This document shows positions 55,024 to 64,000 of a DNA stretch of 64,000 nt, piece after piece. The position numbers and the translations under genes were made by a program. Position 1 is the stretch's first letter; each line of letters begins with the position of its first letter. Origin of the DNA: Octopus vulgaris (taxonomy: Eukaryota); the NCBI GenBank assembly GCA_951406725.2, contig OX597821.1, forward strand, positions 53,072,001-53,136,000, in the 5' to 3' direction. Below the pieces are notes generated by a model, which worked only from the letters and a program-made list of their open reading frames with translations, was not told the origin of the DNA and did not search any database.

Positions 55024-55355
55024 GAAGGCGCATGGCTCAGTGGTTAGAGCGTCGAGCTTACGATCGTGAGGTTGTGAGCTCAAATCCCGGACCGGGCTGC
55101 GTGTTGTGTTCTTGAGCAAGCACTTTATTTCACGTTGCTCCAGTTCACTCAGCTGTAGAAACGAGTTGCGACGTCATTAGTGCCAAGCTGTATCGACCTT
55201 TGTCTTTCCCTTGGATAACACTGGTGGAGTGGAGAGGGGAGGCTGGTATGCATGGGCGACTGTTGGTCTTCCATAAACAAACTCGCCCGGACTTGTGTCT
55301 AGGAGGGTAACTTTCTAGGTGCAATCCCATGGTCTGTGTCGTGACCGAAGGGGAT
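55024..55355 (+). mobile_element. Full-length tRNA/CORE-like SINE (tail type C)
   Basis: TGGCTCAGTGG A-box, GAGCTCAAATCC B-box, TTGTGTTCTTGAGCAAG core, tail shared with 12260-12435. Confidence 0.9.
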
Positions 55356-55567
55356 CCTATATATTACAATAAATTATTTCAAACTAACTATAAACATGAT
55401 TGAGAGTGACCATGAGCAAGGGAAAAGCTCATTATCACATCTAAAACTTAATCTAAAACTACATATAGCCAAAGCAATTACAAAGTATATCACATTGACT
55501 GTTATTTCAACAGTATTTGATGGTTTGAATATTTGTAGAGTGTGGGACAAAAAGTATTGTGGTTTTT

Positions 55568-55790
55568 CTACTTCTGCCGAAATCTATATCCGAGGGCGGT
55601 TTTACCCCTGCTCGCCCGTGCGTCTGAAATCCGCTTCACTGGCGAAAACGCAACCTGTCATCCGAGTCCATACAGTATCAGTCGCTCGTTCGAGGGCCAT
55701 ACCTTTTCGCGGCAGGTGGATTCGGCAGGCAAGTTGTTACACACACTTGAACTGATTCTAGTTCCCGTGAATACTGTCATTATGTAGCCC
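55568..55790 (-). pseudogene. Decayed 28S (LSU) rRNA fragment
   Basis: GATTCGGCAGGCAAGTTGTTACACAC corresponds to the conserved antisense LSU motif GATTCGGCAGGTGAGTTGTTACACAC; weaker colinear similarity on both sides. Confidence 0.75.
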
Positions 55791-56677
55791 CAATGCAACA
55801 TCTCCCGAATATGCTATGATAGAAAGTCAAAGAAATTCCGTATGGGGAAACAACAAGGCAGTTTCTTGTGCAACGTCACTGAGAGGGAAGAAGAACTGAT
55901 ACAATTGCATGAGGAAAGCAGAGATGGAAGGATGAGAGAAAAAAATATTGTGACACGGAATTAGTTTCCTAAATAAAGCTTAACAAGTGATCTCCCTTTG
56001 ATCAATTTCTCTCCCCCCCTCTCTCTCTCACACACACACATACCTGAATCTATTTTAAGTGGCAATTCCTTTCAGTTACACGCTTATTTGGTTCGTTTTA
56101 CTGCCTGGAGTGGAGGTGCAGAATTTAGTGGTTATAATATTGGACTCATTATCATAAGAATGCTGTTTCGATACCTGAACAGATCGATGTGCTGTGTTCG
56201 TGAACAAACCATTTCATTTCAGGTTGCTCCACTTCATGTGTTAATCTGAGGCGGAACCAGCGTCCTGTCCAGAGAGGAATATATACTCATGAGAAACCGG
56301 GAAACCGGCCGTATAATCCTTACAGAGTAACATTAGTACTTAAACGAAAGTTAGTCCAGACAGTGGAATTTTGATATTAGATACCCAAGAAGTTACCACC
56401 TCATAATTGAGTGTGTATGTGTGTATATGTGCGTGTGTACCCCCCCCACACACACACCTATATATTAAACGGTTTGCTTTTTCATTCGTTTTAATCTATA
56501 CCTTCCTACTCAGGGAGAAGCCATTCCTAGCCGTTTCAGAAAGGCAGTCTTAACATCACATGTTAAACTCAGTTGGTAAGTTTTTTAGCGGCATACCAAT
56601 TGAGCATTCATAGCACATACTTATTAGTTTGAGTCAACTGGCGAAAATTCCTCGTATACATACATACATACATATAT

Positions 56678-56711
<34 letters not shown>

Positions 56712-58415
56712 CCGAATTAATGATTTGGGATAAAGAAGAGAAACTGTGTACAGTTGTGGAAATCAGCTGCCCAGTAGATGTTAACATAAAGCTGAAGATC
56801 AGTGTAAAAAAGAATACATACGCTGAATTATTGAGATATCTGTAGTTACTGAAGTTCAGTTTTATACCTGTAAGCAATGGGGTCCTGGGATATGTAACAC
56901 ACTGCCTAAATACCAATCGTGAGAAATTAGGCTTTTCCAAACCAGAAAGGAGAAAGCTAATTCGAATACTACAGATCAATCCATCACTGCAACTGTAAAA
57001 ATCTGTAAAACTTTCCAGAAGTGTATCATCTAGATATATATGAGCATGTCTAGATTTGCATCTATATGCATGAGAATACATACATAGAGCATACAAATTT
57101 GCACCTCTCTGCATTCATTAAAACAGTGGCCCACAATGTACTTGCTGTGCCGGTACTCATACCAACATTTGGGCTGCTTGTTTGGACGCTAGATGAGATC
57201 CGAGCCATTGATGAGAAAATCCGAAAAATACTAACAAGCACACATAATTTCCACATAAACAGCGATGCAGATCGCCTCTATCTAAAACGGAAACAAGTAG
57301 GAAGAGGTTTGACATGGACCCAAAATGCTTTTGAATATCGCATCATATCCCTTAGGCAACATCGTTTAACCACCAAGTGTCAAAGTGCATCCCTTGACCA
57401 AGTTTGCATACATGAAGCTGATAACATCATAAGACTTTGAAGGCAGTTCCTTGAGCAACAGTATTTGTCTAATAACCAAGAATACATGCCTAAAGAAGTC
57501 GCACAACTCTACTGCAACATATCATTACATAAAAGGATGAGCCTATGTGATCAAAAGACTATGCATGGATATGTTAATAGAAAGCGCCGTGATGATAGTA
57601 ACATCGATCATCAAAGCAGTTTATCATGGACCAATAACCGGATTACTACCTCCCACTTTGAAAGGAATGCGTTTGCAATCCAGGAACAGGAAATATCAAC
57701 GAAGTACCTGATGCGCAAAAGGGATAGAGATGCAGGTAAAGCAGTAAAGTCTAACTACCGATGCACACTTTGTGGAAGATATCACCCACAAAATAAGCGG
57801 TTGTCCGAAAATGTCATCACGGTTATATGTACCGATGAGACGTGATGTTGTTGCTAGGACCCTCTATAAGGAAATCCGTCAAAGGATAATCCCGAGGACA
57901 AAGAAATAAGAACCCACAATATGGTAGAAGCCATAGCCATTCCTAATAAAAACGAATACTGGTGGAATGTACCAATGAAGACCTCAACAAAATGTAAGAA
58001 CAATTGACCAGATATGACGATTTAGGATAGAGAAGAGAACCTGTGCACAGTTGCGGAAATTAGCTGCCCAGCAGATGTTAACATAAAACTGAAGAACAGT
58101 GAAAAAGAGAACATCTATGCTGAACTATTGAGAAATCTGGAGTTACCCTATCCAACTTCAGGTTTATAATTGTAATTATTGGAACCCTGGGATATGTCAC
58201 ACATGGCCTAAATACCAATCTTGAGAAATTAGGTTTCTCAAAAGCAGAATGGAGGAAGCGAATCCGAAGACTACAGATCCAATTCATCTCTGGGACTGTA
58301 CAAATCCGTAAAACTTTCCAGAAGTTTATCATTTAAATATATATGAGCATGTGTACATATGCACCTATATGCATGAGAATACATACATAAAATATACAAA
58401 TCTGCACATACACAC
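56712..58415 (+). mobile_element. Two head-to-tail R4/Dong-like LINE copies
   Basis: Copy 1 56712-57105 (3' end only); copy 2 57105-58415 (AVPVLIPTFG..WT..EI..ID.KIRKILT, DRLYLKRK..GRGL, AFAIQEQEI, WWNVP, EISCP); both end ...ATATGCATGAGAATACATACATA...ATACAAAT.TGCAC. Confidence 0.9.
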
Positions 58416-58468
58416 ATATATATATGTATGTATATGTGTATACATACATACATACATACATATACATA

Positions 58469-58582
<114 letters not shown>

Positions 58583-58587
58583 TCTTA

Positions 58588-58764
58588 TTCTTTTACTTGT
58601 TTCAGTCATCATTTGATTGCGGCCTTGCTGAAGCACCGCATTTAGTCGAACAGATCGACTCCAGGACTCATTTTCCGAATCGCTTTTTTACAGGGACGTA
58701 AGCACACTAATACCGGTTGTCAAGCGATGGTGCGGGGACAAACACAGACACACAGATACATACA

Positions 58765-58798
<34 letters not shown>

Positions 58799-58957
58799 CG
58801 ATGGGCTTCTTTCAATTTCCGTCTACTAAATCCACTTACATGGTTTTCGTCGACCCGAGAATGTAGTACAAGACAATTGCCCAAGATGTCACGCAGTTGG
58901 GGTGAACCCGGAACCATGTGGTTGGGAAGCAAGTTTCTTACCACACCGCCTCTCCTG
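58588..58957 (-). mobile_element. S1 SINE
   Basis: Same tail, internal (TA)n and head as 34363-34783. Confidence 0.85.
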
Positions 58958-59269
58958 TCTACGTGTGTGCGTGTGTGTCTGAGTGTTTGTATGTACAGTA
59001 TGTCCTTCTTGATTTATATTTTCGATCGTATCAGTATATTTTCCTATTCACTTACAGTTTTATTGTCATGTTAACAACTCTCAAGACAGCCAGTCAAAAG
59101 TGTCTGTGTTTTACTTCTTAAACGCCTACTACCTCTTAAAAGTTACGCTACACTAATTTTAGGTGCACAAAAGCCGCCAAGGGATAATAAATGTATCACG
59201 TTAAAATCGGTTTAGGCTATAAATGTTTATTATTTCAACTGTGTCCGCAAGTTCTGATATTTTTATATG

Positions 59270-59468
59270 AGCCGGGCGAAATGCTTAGCGGTGTATCGTC
59301 TGTCGTTACGTTCTGAGTTCAAATTCCACCGAGGTCGACTTTGCCTTTCATCCTTTCGGGGTCGATAAATAAAGTACCAGTTTCGCACTGGAGTCGATGT
59401 AATCGATTTAATCCCTTTGTCTGTCCTTGTTTGACCCCTCTATGTTTAGCCCCTTGCGGGCAATAAAT
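59270..59468 (+). mobile_element. 5'-truncated, well-preserved S2 SINE
   Basis: GAGTTCAAATTCC...GACTTTGCCTTTCATCCTTTCGGGGTCGATAAATAAAGTACCAG...GGGCAATAAA. Confidence 0.88.
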
Positions 59469-60039
59469 ATATATATATATATAATTAATAGTTAAGGAAT
59501 GTAATAATACCTATCTAAAAGGGGAAAAAAATTCAATTTCGCACACTAAATCAAAATTCCCTATATATATATATAGTGGGTGTGAACCCGCAACCATATG
59601 GTTGGGAAGCAAGTTTATTACCACACAGCTACTACTGTACCTATGTATACATATTTATAGTTTGTCTGTGTATGTATACACAGTTTGATGTATTCGTTCG
59701 AGAAACAATTCTTCAAGGCTGTGCCAGAGATTGGAGTTAGTTTGATGAATGGAACAAGTAAAAGATAATAGAGAAATGAATAGATAGATAGATAGAAAGA
59801 GCGGGGGGGAGAGAGAAACAGAAAGAGAGAGAGACAGCAACACAGTGAGGGAGAAGGAAAAAGAGAGGGGGAGAGAGAGAGGGGGGGGGGTAATGGATAG
59901 ATCGAAATCCATATATTGTACGATCTCCATACACGCAGGTACAATAAGTGTTACATAATATAAGCTGAATGAGGAAGAGTGATTTCCCCTGGATCAAATA
60001 ATTTCACGCGCAAGCACTCGCGCACGCATATACACGACG

Positions 60040-60150
60040 ACAACGACTACCACCACTATCAACTCCAACAACAACAACAACAACAACAGCAACAGCAACA
60101 ACAACAACAACAGCAACAACAGCAACTAGAGTAACACAACTAACAACAAC
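60040..60150. repeat. (CAA)n/(CAG)n tract
   Basis: Direct observation. Confidence 0.9.
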
Positions 60151-60302
60151 AATTTTAACATCTATGAAATAAAGGCTATAAATAAGGAGCCAATCTTACT
60201 CTAGACATTTCTTAGAGGGAAAAGAAAAAAAATCTTACAATTACGTAAATGAATGTTACATATTTACCTCCTACTAAGTTTTGTTTCTTAGTTATATAAT
60301 TA

Positions 60303-60965
<663 letters not shown>

Positions 60966-61624
60966 ATTAACGGAAAAAAAATAAAATACTAGTTCGCCCT
61001 CAAATTTAACAGCTGTTAGATCTGTTTCAGCTATCACATATATCGAAATACATTTTATTTTAAATTTTTGCTACCGAAGAAAGCGCAATTTGCATACTTG
61101 GATGATTAAAATCATATCGGCATCTATGCAGACGAATGCCTGGCAGTGGACCAGTCAGTCCATTCTATTAATTCTCACTTTCTTTTTATAGCCTTCACTC
61201 TTTGATATTTAACTCCACCGTACATCTTTGTTTCATACCTTATTGCCCTTTTGACCACTGACACTTATTTTTTTAGCCATGTAACGACGCAGGTCCTTTT
61301 CTCGGACTATTCTGTTTCTCCTCTCTGCATTTTTCCTTGTATTCATTTTCATGACGAAGAGCCAAATTCAACACATCGTACCCTTTCTTTTTTTCCATCT
61401 TAAAACTTTCTCTAGGCGTTAATCTATAACATTCACTAGGCACATCATTTTGACTTTTGTTGTTTTTTTTTGTTTCCGTTTCTATTTTAGATTTGCCTAT
61501 GTATGTATGTATGTATGTATGTATGTATGTATGTATGTATGTATGTATGTATGTATGTATGTATGTATGTAGGTAGGTAGGTAGGTATGTAGGTAGGTAG
61601 GTACGTACGTACGTATGTGTGTAT

Positions 61625-61837
61625 ACTCTTTTACTCTTTTACTTGTTTTAGTCCTTTTGACTATGGCCATGGTTGAGCACCGCCTTTAGTCGAGCAAATC
61701 GACCCCAGGACTTATTCTTTGTAAGCTTGGTACTTATTCTATCGGTCTCTTTTGCGGAACCGCTAAATTACGGGGACGTAAACACACCAGCATCGGTTAT
61801 CAATCGATGTTGGGGGGACAAACATAGACACACAAAC

Positions 61838-61902
<65 letters not shown>

Positions 61903-62067
61903 TACGACGGGCTTCTTTCAGTTTCCGTTTACCAAATCTACTCAGAAAGCTTTGGTCGGCCCGAGTCTATAGTAGAAGACACTTACTTGCCCAAGGTGCC
62001 ACGCAATTGGACTAAACCCGGAACCATGTGATTCGCAAGCAAGCTACTTACCACACAGCCACTCCTA
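61625..62067 (-). mobile_element. Full-length S1 SINE flanked by (TATG)n
   Basis: Complete tail-to-head match to the other S1 copies; target AGCTACTT intact. Confidence 0.9.
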
Positions 62068-62545
62068 TGTATGTATGTATGTATGTATGTATGTATGTAT
62101 GTATGTATGCATGCATCCTTGTATGTATGTATGCTTGTATGTATGTATGTGTGTATACATGTATGAATATATGTATATTTACACTTTCACATCCTTTCTG
62201 CGGTACTTAGGTTTCATTCTGAAGAAAGCTTCTGCTGAGCCGTCTCTTCGGTTCATGGTGAATTTCTTTTAAGTTACGCCACCAGTTAAAAATCAGCAGG
62301 TTGATGAAATCGTTGCAATATTCGATAGATAACTTGTATTATTTGTTCCGGTTCCAAGCCTTGTCAGTTCAAAACTTCTGCTATTCAAATTTATCTTCCG
62401 TCAAACAGCGAAAAACAATTCGATATCATATATTGGGGCCAATAATTCTCTCTACTTCTCTTTATCTCGCTCTCTTTTCATCTCGCTTCTCTATCGATAC
62501 ATTCACGCAAAGACACACACGAACGCGCACACACACACTCACACG

Positions 62546-62587
<42 letters not shown>

Positions 62588-62934
62588 CACACACACAAAT
62601 GAATGTAAAGAAAAACAAGGAAATATGGAAGTCCTCTCATAAGCCAAAATAAGCCAGACAACAAGCACAATTTCGGAGTGTTTTTAAGTTCAAGAACCAT
62701 GTCTATCTGTCTACCTGACTGAGTGACTGACTGACTGACTGTCTGTTTGTCTGTCTGTCTCTCTATCTGTCCGTCCGTCACACACACACACACACTCTCT
62801 CTCTCTTTCATTCTCTCTTTCTCACTCTTTCTCTCTCTCTCTCTCTCACACACACACACTCACACATGCACTTATATGTGACGAAAGTGAATTTTTGGTA
62901 CAATAAAATGCCTTTAAAATGTTTATAACAAGAT

Positions 62935-63620
62935 ATGAGGTGCGTTCAAGAAGTTTCCGACTTTATTTCTTTTACGTCAAAATTAATACCACGTGTGAAA
63001 ATTTCTTTACGGTTGAGGTGACACCGCCCTTTCTACGCATGCTCGAAAAAGTTCTTTCTGGTAAGCTGCGTCAATTCCTGGCTGCTTCACCTAGAATATA
63101 AGCGTGTAGCACGCGCACGTCGGGTTTTGTTTTCACGTAAAATAAACAAACGCTTTGTGTAAAGGCCATAATTCATATCTCATCACCAATGATGATGGTC
63201 TTCATGAAGTCTGGATTGTGCTCTGAGTGATTTCCAAGCAGCCCCACCAATACCTTGTGGATGAATTTCAACGATAATCTCCGCATGCACAAAGACTCCG
63301 TGGAAATAGAATGCACTGTTCCTGTACTTGTTCCAATTCGTGAGTAATATCAAGGATTGTAACACGATAGTCTTTTATGACTATTGGTCGAACCATCTCA
63401 ATCAGCTTCTTGTTTCGGGTTGTGGATGATCTGTCCCAGCGTGCCACACTCTTCCCTGAGGTGCGGTCATGTTTGAAGCAGTTGTACCTCATCTTAATCT
63501 CAGTTTTACCCACGGCATCACCACCAAAAACCTACTGAATCTTTTTGATGGTGTGGGCTTGAGTGTTGCCAAGCTTTTGGCAAAATTTTATACAATATCT
63601 CTGCTTGATGCATTCAGGTA
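62935..63620 (-). mobile_element. Internally deleted mariner element
   Basis: QRYCIKFCQKLG..QAHTIKKIQ..FG N-terminal HTH; TIR-like TA-TGAGGTGCGTTCAAGAAGTTTCCGACT at 62935. Confidence 0.85.
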
Positions 63621-63694
63621 GAATAGGATAGTTGTATGTATCTATGTGTGTGTGTGTGGGAGTATGTATGTATATATATATATATATATATATA

Positions 63695-63890
63695 GGAGAG
63701 TTTAAGAAAAAAAAACAAAAGACGAAGACAGGTGGTGTACAAAACAAACAGATGTATTAGTATAACGCTCAGGAATAGAACAAATCTTCTACGTTTCGAG
63801 CCTACGCTCTTCTACAGAAAGGGACACAGAAAAAAACAAGGAGAGAAAAAAATGTGTGTAGTGGCTAACGATCTATCATGGCGACTGACC
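63695..63890 (-). mobile_element. Short element in (TA)n with minimal hammerhead-like motif
   Basis: Minus strand CTTT-CTGTAGA-A-GAGC-GTAG-GCTC-GAAAC-GTA-GAAG at 63786-63821; related fragments at 49050-49100 and 61260-61460. Confidence 0.65.
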
Positions 63891-64000
63891 ATTTATATAT
63901 ATAATATATATATGTGTGTGTGTGTGTCTATGCATGTATGTATAAGCACATGTATGGATATGAAAGTAAACAGATCAACATACAGACGGATCGGTACATA

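Noticed and set aside
55024-55100. tRNA gene candidates (also 45470 and S1/S2 heads)
   Set aside because: A and B boxes are present but there is no proper cloverleaf or terminator, and they continue into SINE bodies.
60040-60150. Poly-Gln coding exon
   Set aside because: (CAA/CAG)n tract followed closely by stops, with no coding context.

Overview
AT-rich, microsatellite-saturated eukaryotic DNA. The 5S rRNA sequence, the tRNA-derived SINE families and the (TA)n/(CA)n load point to a cephalopod, probably Octopus (inference). I find no intact protein-coding gene; nearly all ORFs in the track are microsatellite read-throughs or transposon debris. Contents: at least three SINE groups, R4/Dong-like, CR1-like, L1/Tx1-like and Penelope-like retroelements, Tc1/mariner, MULE and possible hAT remnants, a non-autonomous Helitron, one 5S rRNA copy and a decayed 28S fragment. 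Main observations: (1) two L1/Tx1-type elements, one apparently ORF1-only, inserted at the same nucleotide of a SINE's tRNA-like head, each with its own target-site duplication (22052-24551), suggesting SINE-targeting site-specific retrotransposition; (2) a full 5S rRNA fused to the 3' tail of the commonest local SINE (36592-36784); (3) short elements with degenerate hammerhead motifs embedded in (TA)n; (4) exon-like remnants of immunoglobulin-like domains on the + strand from about 3.2 to 31.9 kb. All homology calls were made by eye without database searches, and most element boundaries are approximate.
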